A stretch of DNA of 64,000 nt, taken from NCBI GenBank assembly GCA_044222185.1, contig JBGANV010000001.1:896001-960000 (forward strand), written 5' to 3'. Origin of the DNA: Planctomycetota bacterium (GTDB lineage: Bacteria > Planctomycetota > GCA-002687715 > CAIWVZ01). Shown here piece after piece: positions 10,576-20,500 of the stretch. Position numbers and translations under genes: made by a program. The notes beneath the pieces were generated by a model that searched no databases, had not been told where the DNA came from, and saw only the letters and a program-made list of their open reading frames with translations. Positions within the stretch are counted from its first letter, which is position 1, and each line of letters begins with the position of its first letter.

Positions 10576-11318
10576 CGCTCATGCTCGCCGATCGAGTCGC
10601 GGTCGTCACCGGCGCATCGCGCGGCATCGGTCGCGCCATCGCCGTCGCCTTGGCGCGCGCCGGCGCCGCCGTCGCGGTCGTCGCCACCTCGCAGGACAAC
10701 GCGCGCCAAACCGCTGACGTCGTCGCTGCGGCAGGGGGGCGTGCCGAGCCCTTCGCGGCGAATGTGGCCGATCCGGCTGCCGTCCAGGCCCTGGCGGATC
10801 AGGTAGTCAAGGCCTTTGGGAAGGTCGACATCCTCGTCAACAACGCCGGCGTGACGCGCGACGGTCTGCTCATGCGCATGAGCGAGGCCGACTGGGACAC
10901 GGTCCTCGACACGAATCTGAAAGGCGCCTTCCTGACCGTGAAGGCATTTTCTCGTCAGCTCATCAAATCGAAGTGCGGACGGGTCGTCAACATCGCCTCG
11001 GTGATCGGCATCGCCGGAAACGCCGGGCAGGCCAACTACGCCGCCAGCAAGGGCGGGCTGATTGCGTTCACGAAGTCCCTTGCCAAGGAGTTCGGTGGGC
11101 GAGGCGTGACGGCGAATGCCGTTGCTCCAGGCTTCATCGAGACCGACATGACGAAGGGACTCGAGCCAGGGCAGAAGGACGCCATGGTGCAGGGCACGTC
11201 ACTCGGGCGGCCTGGGTCGCCGGAGGACGTCGCAGGCCCTGTGTTGTTCCTCTGTTCCGATCTTGGAGGCTACGTCACGGGACAGGTCCTACAGGTCGAC
11301 GGAGGCATGCGGCTGTGA
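10572..11318 (+). CDS. fabG: 3-oxoacyl-ACP reductase
   Basis: TGASRGIG, NNAGVTRD, YAASK, APGFIETDM. Start is GTG 10572 or ATG 10581. Confidence 0.96.
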   Translation: MTLMLADRVAVVTGASRGIGRAIAVALARAGAAVAVVATSQDNARQTADVVAAAGGRAEPFAANVADPAAVQALADQVVKAFGKVDILVNNAGVTRDGLLMRMSEADWDTVLDTNLKGAFLTVKAFSRQLIKSKCGRVVNIASVIGIAGNAGQANYAASKGGLIAFTKSLAKEFGGRGVTANAVAPGFIETDMTKGLEPGQKDAMVQGTSLGRPGSPEDVAGPVLFLCSDLGGYVTGQVLQVDGGMRL

Positions 11319-11476
11319 AGGAATTCCCGCCGAGTTTCCGGCACGTGCCGGCCCCTCGGCGCCATTGATAGGGCGACAAAGCGTGTGCTAAGAAGGCGCC
11401 CCGCGGGGGTCGGCTCCGCAGGCACGTAACTCTCGCGCGCCGAAGCCCTTTTGAAGAGAACCGAGGAACCTCATCT

Positions 11477-11722
11477 ATGTCCGGCAAGTCCATCGAGGAG
11501 CGCGTCGTCGAGATCGTCTGCGAGCAGCTCAACACGAAAAAGGAGGACGTCAAACGCGAGACGTCCTTCATCAATGACCTGGGGGCAGACTCGCTCGACA
11601 CCGTCGAACTCGTCATGGAGTTCGAGGAGCGTTTCGGCATCGAGATCCCGGACCAGGATGCGGAGAAGATCCGCACGGTCGGTGACGCTGTCGATTACAT
11701 CGCTTCGAAGACATCGGCTTGA
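11477..11722 (+). CDS. acpP: Acyl carrier protein
   Basis: [14 protein letters not shown]; GAGG ribosome-binding site. Confidence 0.98.
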   Translation: MSGKSIEERVVEIVCEQLNTKKEDVKRETSFINDLGADSLDTVELVMEFEERFGIEIPDQDAEKIRTVGDAVDYIASKTSA

Positions 11723-11794
11723 TCCGATGAGGCCTTCGCCGACCTGGGGCTCGCCCGGGTCGTGGGGGAGGCGAACGGGAGGACGCCAGGAACG

Positions 11795-13039
11795 ATGAAT
11801 CGACGCCGCGTTGTGATCACCGGGATCGGGATCATCAGTCCCCTGGGACTGGATCGCGAATCGACGTTCGACGGACTGCTCGCCGGAGCGAACGGCGTCG
11901 GTCCGATCACGCTGTTCCCGACCGACAACTACGCGACGCGAATCGCGGGTGAAGTGAAGAACTTCGACCCCCGCAAGTTCCTCGATCCCCAGGAGACCCG
12001 CCGCCTCGACCGCTTCGTTCACCTGACGATGGCTTCGGGGATCGAAGCCATGGCCGACTCGGGGATCGACGTCGCGAAGGAGAACACCGACCGCATCGGC
12101 GTCATCTGCGGCAGCGGAATCGGCGGCCTCATGGAGATCGAATCCCAGCACACCGTGCTGATGGAGCGCGGCCCAGGGCGCGTGAACCCGTTCCTCATCC
12201 CCAAGCTGATGATGAACGCCATGAGCGCGCACCTCTCCATGCGCTTCGGTCTCCGCGGCCCCAACTGGGTCACGGCCTCCGCATGCGCATCGGCAGCCCA
12301 CGCGATCGGTAGCGCGCTCCGCGCGGTTCAATATGGGGAGGCGGACGTCGTCCTCACGGGCGGTTCGGAAGCCGCGATCACACCGCTTGGAATCGCCGGC
12401 TTCTGCAGCCTGCGCGCCATGTCGACTCGGAACGACGCGCCGGAGAAGGCCAGTCGCCCGTTCGATCGGGATCGCGACGGGTTCGTGATGGGCGAGGGTG
12501 CCGCCATCCTCGTCATCGAGGAACTCGAACATGCGCGGCAGCGCGGGGCCCGCATCTATTGCGAGCTGACCGGTTACGGCGCGACGGGGGATGCCCACCA
12601 CATCACGGCGCCAGCCGAGTTCGCCGAGGGAGCGCAGCGCTCCATGCGTCTCGCGATGGCGGATTCGGGCATGGCGATCACGGACGTGGACTACATCAAC
12701 GCCCACGGAACCTCCACGCCCATCAACGACCCGAACGAGACGGGCGCGATCAAGGCCGTCTTCGGCGCACACGCCAAGAAGCTCGCCGTCTCGTCGACCA
12801 AGTCCATGATCGGCCACCTCCTTGGCGCGTCGGCGGCCGTCGAAGCAGCAGTCTGCGCGCTGTCGATCTCGAGGAAGGTCGTCCACCCGACGCGCAACCT
12901 CGAGAATCCCGACCCGGCCTGTGACCTCGATTACGTGCCAGGGTCAGCTCGCGAGATGCCGATCCGGGGCGTCATCTCGAACAGCCTGGGCTTCGGTGGA
13001 CACAACTGCACGCTCGCGTTCCGTCGCTTCGACGGGTGA
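11795..13039 (+). CDS. fabF: 3-oxoacyl-ACP synthase II
   Basis: RRVVITG, SACAS, SRPFDRDRDGFVMGEG, INAHGTST, STKSMIGHLLGA, SNSLGFGG. Confidence 0.97.
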   Translation: MNRRRVVITGIGIISPLGLDRESTFDGLLAGANGVGPITLFPTDNYATRIAGEVKNFDPRKFLDPQETRRLDRFVHLTMASGIEAMADSGIDVAKENTDRIGVICGSGIGGLMEIESQHTVLMERGPGRVNPFLIPKLMMNAMSAHLSMRFGLRGPNWVTASACASAAHAIGSALRAVQYGEADVVLTGGSEAAITPLGIAGFCSLRAMSTRNDAPEKASRPFDRDRDGFVMGEGAAILVIEELEHARQRGARIYCELTGYGATGDAHHITAPAEFAEGAQRSMRLAMADSGMAITDVDYINAHGTSTPINDPNETGAIKAVFGAHAKKLAVSSTKSMIGHLLGASAAVEAAVCALSISRKVVHPTRNLENPDPACDLDYVPGSAREMPIRGVISNSLGFGGHNCTLAFRRFDG

Positions 13040-13069
13040 GGCGCGAGGCCTGCGCCCCATGAGGCAGCC

Positions 13070-14470
13070 ATGACGTCGAATGAGGCCGGCACCTGGGGCG
13101 ATCGCCTGGTTCGTCTGGGACAGAATGCGCTGGCGGAGCACTGGCGTGGTTTGAACCCCGCGCTCCGCGTCGGACTCGAACGTGAGCTGGAGCGCACCGA
13201 TTTTGCACTCCTCTCGCGGCTCGTGCGCGACCTGGGGAAAGGGGCGCATGCGCAGGGCTCGTTGACGATCGAGCCGATCGCCGTCACGCGCAAGGCTCAG
13301 GATGCCGCCGCGGATGCGAAGGCGCGCGCGGTCGGTGAGGCCGCGCTGCAGGCGGGGAAGGTCGCGGCTCTCGTCGTGGCAGGGGGCCAGGGCTCGCGGC
13401 TCGGACATGCGGGGCCGAAGGGGACGTACCCGGCCACTCCGATCCGCCGAAAGACCCTCTTCCAGCTGTTTGCCGAGAAGATCCAAGCGCTCTCGCGGCG
13501 CTACGGGAAGCCCCTGCCTCTGCTCGTGATGACGAGCGAGGAGAACCACGAAGACACCACGAACTACTTCGCGTCGCAGCGGGACTTCGGCCTTGCGCCC
13601 GGCCAGCTGCGGTTCTTCACACAGGGAATGCTCCCCGCAGTCGACGAGTCCGGCGCGCTCGTCGTGAAGTCGCCCGGGGCCCTTTTCCGGAGCCCGAACG
13701 GCCACGGCGGAACGCTCCTCGCCCTGCGCGACAGCGGGCTGCTCGGTCGGCTCCGAGACGAGGGCGTCGAGGACGTCTTCTACTTCCAGGTCGACAATCC
13801 CCTCGTCGAGGTCTGTGATCCCGTGTTCGTCGGTTACCACCGCTTGTCGGGGAGCGAGTTCTCGTCGAAGGTCGTTGCGAAGTCAGGACCCGAGGAGAAG
13901 GTCGGCGTCTTGGCTCGCCAGGACGGGCGCGTGTGCGTCATCGAGTACAGCGATCTCCCGCCGGCGCTGCTCCACCAGCGCAATGCAGACGGGGCGCTCA
14001 CGTTCTCCGCCGGCAACATCGCGATTCACGTGCTCTCGCTCGCTTTCGTGGACCGCATCACGAGCGCGGCGTTCGAGCTGCCGTTTCACGTCGCTCGGAA
14101 AGCCCTCCCGGTCGTGCTTGCCGATGGTTCTCCGGGGAAGGTGACCGGGATCAAATTCGAGACCTTCATCTTCGACGCCCTCGCGGAGGCGCGGAATCCG
14201 TTCTCGCTCGAGGTCCTCCGCGAGGAGGAGTTTGCCCCGATCAAGAACGCGACGGGCGTGGACTCGGCCGAGACGTCGTCGCGGCTCCAATCGTCGTTGC
14301 ACGCCCGGTGGCTGTCCGAGCACGGTGTGCGAATGCCCATCGGCCCTGACGGAATGCCGGCCCAACTCGTCGAGATCTCTCCCACGTTCGCACTGGATTC
14401 GGCGTCGCTACGGACGCGCCGACTCCCTCCGATCGACCCATCTCGGCCGATCTACCTCGGAGACGAATGA
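13070..14470 (+). CDS. UDP-N-acetylglucosamine pyrophosphorylase, eukaryote-type (UDPGP type 1 family)
   Basis: AGGQGSRLG..GPKG, PNGHGG, QVDNPL, EKVG, EYSD, KFETFIFD, EFAPIKNA. Confidence 0.9.
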   Translation: MTSNEAGTWGDRLVRLGQNALAEHWRGLNPALRVGLERELERTDFALLSRLVRDLGKGAHAQGSLTIEPIAVTRKAQDAAADAKARAVGEAALQAGKVAALVVAGGQGSRLGHAGPKGTYPATPIRRKTLFQLFAEKIQALSRRYGKPLPLLVMTSEENHEDTTNYFASQRDFGLAPGQLRFFTQGMLPAVDESGALVVKSPGALFRSPNGHGGTLLALRDSGLLGRLRDEGVEDVFYFQVDNPLVEVCDPVFVGYHRLSGSEFSSKVVAKSGPEEKVGVLARQDGRVCVIEYSDLPPALLHQRNADGALTFSAGNIAIHVLSLAFVDRITSAAFELPFHVARKALPVVLADGSPGKVTGIKFETFIFDALAEARNPFSLEVLREEEFAPIKNATGVDSAETSSRLQSSLHARWLSEHGVRMPIGPDGMPAQLVEISPTFALDSASLRTRRLPPIDPSRPIYLGDE

Positions 14471-15531
14471 TGTCGAGCGTGCGGCACGTGGCGGTGCTCT
14501 TCGGCGGGATCTCCTCCGAGCACGTCGTCTCGTTGAAGACCGGCGCGACGATGGTTCGCGGACTCGTACGGGCTGGATTTCAGGTCACGCCGGTCGTGAT
14601 CGGACTCACGGGGACCTGGTGCCTGACCACACCGGACTCGGTCTCCGCAGGGCTTCCGGCGAAAGTGGAGGACGTTCTTCCCGGCGCCGCACAGACCGGT
14701 GATGCACTGACGGTCGCCGGCGAGCTGATCCGGCGCGGCGTTCAGGTCGTCGTGATCGGGCTGCACGGACCTGGAGGCGAAGACGGCTCCCTCCAAGGCT
14801 TCCTGCAGACGGCGCGGCTTCCGTACACGGGGCCTGGTGTCGCCGCGTCCGCAATCGCCATGGACAAGCTGATGCTCAAACGCCTGATGAAGGCGGCCGG
14901 GCTCCCCACGGCGGACTGGATCGAGTTCGAGGCTGAAGACACGACGCCGGAGCGATTCCCCGCGGCGGTGGAGCGGGCCCGCGCCTGGTCCGCGCCCGGC
15001 GGTTGGCCGGTCGTGGTGAAGGCTCGAACGCTCGGCTCGTCCGTCGGCGTAGCCATCGCACAGGATCCACAGGGGCTCGAGAAGGCGATGACCGAAGTCG
15101 CACGCGAGCGCGCGGGTCTCTTCATCGAGCGGGCGATCCGCGGCGTGGAGGTCTCCTGCGCTGCGTTCGGCAGCGGGGAGTCGACGCGCGCGTTTCCAGC
15201 AATCGAGATCGTCCCGAAGAAAGCCGCGTGGTTCGACTTCGAGAGCAAGTACGCGAGCGGGGGCGCCGTCGAGCGGATTCCCGCGCAAATCTCGCCAACG
15301 GCCGAGGCGCGGGTCCGTGAGTTGGCCATCGCCGTCCATCGCCTGATCGGGGCCGACGGCATCACCCGAACGGACATGATCGTCGAGGGAGATTCTCCGA
15401 AGGTCCTCGAGACCAACACGCTTCCGGGGATGACCGAAACCTCGCTCGTGCCCCAGGAGGCACGGGCGATCGGTTGGTCGTTGGAGACCCTCCTCACGAG
15501 GATGGTCGAAAACGCCGTCAGCCGTTCGTGA
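14467..15531 (+). CDS. ddl: D-alanine--D-alanine ligase
   Basis: GGISSEHVVSL, LHGPGGEDG, MDK, GSSVG, omega-loop FDFESKY, RTD, ETNTLPG. Confidence 0.93.
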   Translation: MMSSVRHVAVLFGGISSEHVVSLKTGATMVRGLVRAGFQVTPVVIGLTGTWCLTTPDSVSAGLPAKVEDVLPGAAQTGDALTVAGELIRRGVQVVVIGLHGPGGEDGSLQGFLQTARLPYTGPGVAASAIAMDKLMLKRLMKAAGLPTADWIEFEAEDTTPERFPAAVERARAWSAPGGWPVVVKARTLGSSVGVAIAQDPQGLEKAMTEVARERAGLFIERAIRGVEVSCAAFGSGESTRAFPAIEIVPKKAAWFDFESKYASGGAVERIPAQISPTAEARVRELAIAVHRLIGADGITRTDMIVEGDSPKVLETNTLPGMTETSLVPQEARAIGWSLETLLTRMVENAVSRS

Positions 15532-15551
15532 GCGCCCCGGGCGAACGCGCG

Positions 15552-15557
15552 TAGAAT
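15552..15557 (+). promoter_or_regulatory. Putative -10 element (TAGAAT) 9 nt before the thiE-like ATG
   Basis: CGTAGAATCC, with no Shine-Dalgarno between it and the ATG. Confidence 0.5.
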
Positions 15558-15566
15558 CCTCGCGCA

Positions 15567-16157
15567 ATGGACGCGTCTCGTGTGCGCCGCCTGCTCGTCA
15601 CCGACCGCACCCTGGTGTCGTCGTCGGATTTCCCCGAAGCCGTTGCCGCCGCGGTACGAGCCTGCGGCGTGACTATGGTGCTCGTGCGGGAGCTGGACCT
15701 CCCACCGGACGTGCAGGTGGAACTCGGGCGTCGGATCGCGGCGCGGGTGACCGTTCCTGTCCTGCTGTCGCGATCGCCGGCGCTCGCCGCCGCTGCAGGC
15801 GCGGCCGGGGTTCAGCTCGGAGCGGGGAGTCCGTCGGTTTCCGATGCGAGAGGGCTGCTCGGGCCGTCCGCGATCATCGGCGTATCGGTCCACGAGGTCG
15901 ACGAGGGCGTCATGCGGTGGCGCGAGGGCGCCGACTACCTCGTTCTGGGACCTATCTTTGCCACGCCGAAGAAGCGCGGGATCCTCGATCCGATCGGGCT
16001 CGTGCCGATGGAGCGCATCTCGCGTGCGGTCACGATCCCCGTCGTCGGGATCGGGGGAATCGACGCCTCCAACGAGCGCGAGGTCCTCGCCGCAGGTGCA
16101 TCGGGCGTCGCGGCGATCCGATGGTTCATGACGGCATCGACGAGTGTCGTCGCATGA
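15567..16157 (+). CDS. Thiamine-phosphate synthase / TenI-family protein (divergent)
   Basis: IGVSVH, GADYLVLGPIFATPKK, VVGIGGI, GVAAI; adjacent to thiL. The canonical QLREK and ND motifs are altered. Confidence 0.8.
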   Translation: MDASRVRRLLVTDRTLVSSSDFPEAVAAAVRACGVTMVLVRELDLPPDVQVELGRRIAARVTVPVLLSRSPALAAAAGAAGVQLGAGSPSVSDARGLLGPSAIIGVSVHEVDEGVMRWREGADYLVLGPIFATPKKRGILDPIGLVPMERISRAVTIPVVGIGGIDASNEREVLAAGASGVAAIRWFMTASTSVVA

Positions 16158-17062
16158 CGGCGCGGGGAGAACAGGCGTTCCTCGACTGGCTTCGCACGAC
16201 GGGCGCGAGCCGCGAGGACATCCTCGTGCCGATCGGCGACGACGCGGCCGTGATGCGACCGCGCGCAGACCTGGATCTGGTCGTGTCCGCCGACGCCATC
16301 GCCGAGGGGGCGCACTTCCATCCGGGCACGACGCCCGAGGACATCGGGCGCAAGGCTCTCGCGGTGAACCTCTCGGATTTTGCCGCCATGGGAGCCATGC
16401 CCAGGTTCGCCTTCGCCACGGCGGCCCTGCCGCGGGGATTCCACCACGAGACCGCCGTGCGGATCACGGAAGGCATGCGCGCCATCGGGGCAGGACATGG
16501 GGTCGCGCTGTGCGGAGGCGACACGATCACGCATGAAGGCGGCCTCGTTCTTTCAGTGACGCTCGTCGGATACGTGGAGCCCGGCCTCGCGGTCCAGCGC
16601 AAGGGCGCCCGTGTCGGCGACGTGATCGTCGTGACCGGTGCGTTGGGCGGCTCACTGCCCTTCGGCCGTCACCTGTCGTTCACTCCCAGATTGGCGGAGG
16701 GGCGGAAGCTCGCGACCGAGGGCCCGCCGTCGGCCATGATGGACGTCTCCGACGGACTCCTCCTCGATCTGTCGCGTCTGTGCACGATGAGCGGCGTCGG
16801 CGCGCGCATCGACGCGAGCGCGATCCCGATTCACGCGGACGCGCGCCGGTCGGACGGCGACCCGCTCGACCACGCACTGACCGACGGGGAGGATTTCGAG
16901 CTTCTCTTCACCATGAGCCCCGAGCGGCTCGCCCGGGTGGAGCGAAACTGGTGCGGCAACGCGCCGCTGTCACGCATCGGGGTCGTGACGGCGCGCGGCC
17001 TCACGCTCGTCCGCGACGGGCGGGAATTGGAAGTGGAAGCCCGTGGATTCGAACACCACTGA
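16154..17062 (+). CDS. thiL: Thiamine-monophosphate kinase
   Basis: IGDDAAV, HF, AVNLSDFAAMG, GGDT, DVSDGL, GEDFELLF, C-terminal GFEH. ATGA overlap with the upstream gene. Confidence 0.95.
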   Translation: MTARGEQAFLDWLRTTGASREDILVPIGDDAAVMRPRADLDLVVSADAIAEGAHFHPGTTPEDIGRKALAVNLSDFAAMGAMPRFAFATAALPRGFHHETAVRITEGMRAIGAGHGVALCGGDTITHEGGLVLSVTLVGYVEPGLAVQRKGARVGDVIVVTGALGGSLPFGRHLSFTPRLAEGRKLATEGPPSAMMDVSDGLLLDLSRLCTMSGVGARIDASAIPIHADARRSDGDPLDHALTDGEDFELLFTMSPERLARVERNWCGNAPLSRIGVVTARGLTLVRDGRELEVEARGFEHH

Positions 17063-17531
17063 GATCAGCCGCGACCTTTGCGGCCCAGACGAGACCGAGG
17101 CCTTCGCGGCCGCCATCGCCGTCGGGTTGGCGCCCGGCGACCGCATGTCGCTGCACGGCGACCTGGGCGCGGGCAAGACGACCTTCGTGCGAGGCATCGC
17201 CCGCGGGCTCGGGCATCCGGATCCACGCGAGGTCGCGAGCCCCACGTTCGCCATTCACAACCGCTATGAAGGCGCGCGCCTCACACTCGACCACATCGAC
17301 GCGTACCGGCTGAAGGCGCCCGCAGACCTGGTCCGCGAAGGCCTGGAGCTGATCCTCGAGGACGAGACGAACGTCCTCTGCTGCGAATGGCCCGAGCGCC
17401 TGGCGCCTGGGACCTGGCGTCCGCACGTCGAAATCACCTTGGAAGTTCTGGATGACTCCCGTCGTCGAATCACCTGCCGAGCGGCGGAGCGGGTCGCTTC
17501 GCGCCTCTTTCGGGGGATGAGCGGCGGATGA
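17043..17531 (+). CDS. tsaE: tRNA threonylcarbamoyladenosine biosynthesis ATPase
   Basis: GDLGAGKTTF, SPTF, HIDAYRL, EWP. Confidence 0.93.
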   Translation: MDSNTTEISRDLCGPDETEAFAAAIAVGLAPGDRMSLHGDLGAGKTTFVRGIARGLGHPDPREVASPTFAIHNRYEGARLTLDHIDAYRLKAPADLVREGLELILEDETNVLCCEWPERLAPGTWRPHVEITLEVLDDSRRRITCRAAERVASRLFRGMSGG

Positions 17532-20500
17532 AAGCTCTCGCATTCGTGTTGTCGTGCGCGGCCTTCGTCGGCTCGGCCGCCGCGCAGTTCGTGGTGTTCG
17601 AGGGCCGTATTGCGACCCCGGGCGTGCAGGCCGCCGTCGCCGTCGTGTCGAGGACAGGGACCGTGCAGACGAAGGTCGTGCGATCGGGCGAAGACTGGTC
17701 CTTGAAGGCGCCCGTGCGCGACGGTCTCGTCATCGCCGTGACGGCTCCTGGTTTTCGCCCGCTCCGGATGCCCGTCGACGGTGACGCGTGGGCGGGGACG
17801 CTCCGTCTCGGGGCCCAGTGCCTCGAGGCGTGCGACGGGTTCACGTTCCAGGCCGGCGTGGGTGCCAGTGCGACGCTCTACGACCTTCCGGCGGACGGTC
17901 GCATCGACGAGCGCTCGCTCGTGGCAGCGGCCAGCGCCGACGGAAAGGGCATCATCGCGTTCCGCTCCGTTCCGACCGAGGGATTCGTCGTCGTCACCTG
18001 GCCGGATGCGGCCCCACGCGGGTTCCTGATCGACTTCGACGGGCGTCCCCTCGCGAACGCGACGATCACCGGTTCGCCGGAGCCCTCCGTCGAAATCGAA
18101 GAGCCGAGCGCCGCGATCGATGGCGAGATCGAGGTGGAATGGCCGTGTATCCGTCCAGGCACGGGAGCGTTCATCTCCACCCGCGTCGTCGTCCACGGAC
18201 CCGGCATGCTCACGCGCGACCGCACCCGGTGGGTGTGGGCGAATCCACCGCGCGCGCTGGCGAACTGGCACCTCGCCGATGCCGGCCGCGACGCCCGGTT
18301 CCGATCCGTCCCGGGAACGGTCATCGAGGCTGTGTCCTGGGTCGAACGGGGCACGCGCCAGCTCGAGGCCGTCGAGTCCCTCACGAAGAAGCCGATCCCG
18401 TTCTCCGCCGCACTCGACGGGTCGGTGCCCGCCAGCGGGACGATCCCCGTGTCGGCCGAGGACGGCGGCCATGACCTCTTGATCGTTCCCGAGGTCCCCT
18501 TCGAGCCCTTGCGCGTGCACGTGGCGATTCCCAAACCTGATGTTCGTCTCGACGCCTTCGAGCTCACCCCCCGCCCCGTGATTTCAGGGAAAGTGATCGG
18601 GGAGAAGGCGCCGTTCGAACCTGCGGTCGTCTGGTATCGAAGGAAGGGCGGACGACCCGACCTCCGCCTCGGCACGACGGATGAATCAGGCGCCTTCGGT
18701 GCCGTGGCGTTCCCGCTGGGCGCAGGCGAGGTCTGGATCGAGGCGGCGTCCGGGAGATTCTCGGACGTCCGAGCCATCGCAGGGGGAGCTGCCGAGAAGG
18801 TGTTCGTCGACTTCGCGCTGCGGAATGCGGCGTCGTTATCCGCGGCGATCAACGGTCGCGCGGCGGTGCCGGCGCCGATCGGTGTGCACCTCGTGGCGTT
18901 GCCGGTGGATCCGGCCGTGGCCCACGTGCTCAGCCTTCCGCCCGAATGGCGAGATGGCGCGACGATGCGCGTGCTCGCCGATCCATCCACGCGGCACGCG
19001 GTGTTGTCGAGGGAGGAGTCGAAGTTCTCGATCTCGGCGCTACGCCCCGGCGACTACATGCTGGTCGTCGATGCGCCGGGCTACTTCCCACTGATCGAGC
19101 CCGTCGTCTCGGTCACGTCGGCACTCGAAATCGTCCTCCAGGTCGACCGGTTGCAGCGGGCCCCGGCTTCGAAGCTCGATCTTTCGGACGGTGAGACGTG
19201 CTTCGTGGAAGCGTGGCCCTGGGGTGGTCGTCGCCTCGTCCGTGCAGCCGACGACCGATCCCCCGTCTCGATGACGCTCGGAGCGCCTGGAGACCGCGCG
19301 GTGGTCCGTGCGACGGGGTTGGCCCCGCAGGCGCGCGGCCGGCGGACGCAGGATCGATCCGACGGTTCTCACGCGAGTCTCAAGATCTCGATCCGCCGTC
19401 CGCCGGTGTCCGCGCAGCCGCTGCTCGTGTGCCTCGTCCCACGTGACGCCACGACCGGGGGACCCGTTTCGTCCATCCTCGTGAGACGCGACGAGGTCGC
19501 CGACGCACCATGGTCGTCCCCCGACACCGTCGTGCTCCGCGCCGCCGGCCGCGATCACCCGTGGACGACGATCGGGCCGTTTCGAGCGGATTCCAGGCTT
19601 CCGATCGTCGCGGACGTCGACCTTCCGCGGCGTGCGCGGGGTCGTATCTGGGGAACGGACGGTCGCCTCGCGGGCGGTGCGCACGTGTGGATCTGGCCCG
19701 AGCGGGATCTGGTCCTTCGCGGTGCCCGCATCCCGCCGATCGAGGGGACGACGTCGTCCGACGGTCGCCTGGCCTGGCCAGACATCCCGCCGGGAGTCGC
19801 GAGGGCCTGGGTCGGTCGGGCGGGAGAGATGGTGGAGATTCCGCTCGTTGGCGCCAACGCGGAGGACCTGGGAGACATCGCGCTGCAGCGCCGCGACGAG
19901 GTGCCGTTGGACGCGGGCGTTCGGAGGTGGCGCGACGACGCAGGCCGCGCGCTCGACGCTCGCTGGGTACCTGCGTTCCTCGCGGCCCACGAGAGGCTCG
20001 AACGGGAGTCCTTCGTTCCGTCCACGACGTCACATCCGCGCCCGAACCGGGCCACCTGGATCGGCGCGGCCTTGGATCTATCGGCGGCGGAGGGCGTGAT
20101 GGTACGTACGCGCTTCGACGGCAGCAGCGCGCAGCTGATCCCGTTGCTCGGGCAGGACGTCGACCCGACGCGCCCGATGCTGCAGGTGTCCCGTGACTCG
20201 ACCGGCGCTTTCGTGTTTCCGCACGTGCCGGACGGGCCCTACACACTCACGCTCAGCGGTGTCGGACTTCGGCAGAACGTCGACGTCACCATGCCGCCCA
20301 ATCGCCAGCGCGTTCTGGAGTTTCGAGAGATCGAGCGCCTCCGTGACGTGCACGTACGCGTCGTGAACGAGGCTGCCGGCCGACCGATCACGGGAGCGCG
20401 GGTCGAGCTCCACGTCGGAGAATGGGCCGACCCTGCATTCTTCGGAACCGCGCGCAGGCTCACGTGGCTCGCGACGGCGACGACGGACGACACCGGGGTC

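Noticed and set aside
14467-15531. Possible D-Ala-D-Lac (Van-type) ligase
   Set aside because: The omega loop keeps KY (FDFESKY), as in D-Ala-D-Ala ligases, and there are no van genes nearby.
17041-17062. GGATTCGAAC, resembling the reverse complement of a tRNA T-arm
   Set aside because: It lies in the thiL/tsaE coding overlap (GFEH) and no cloverleaf can be built.
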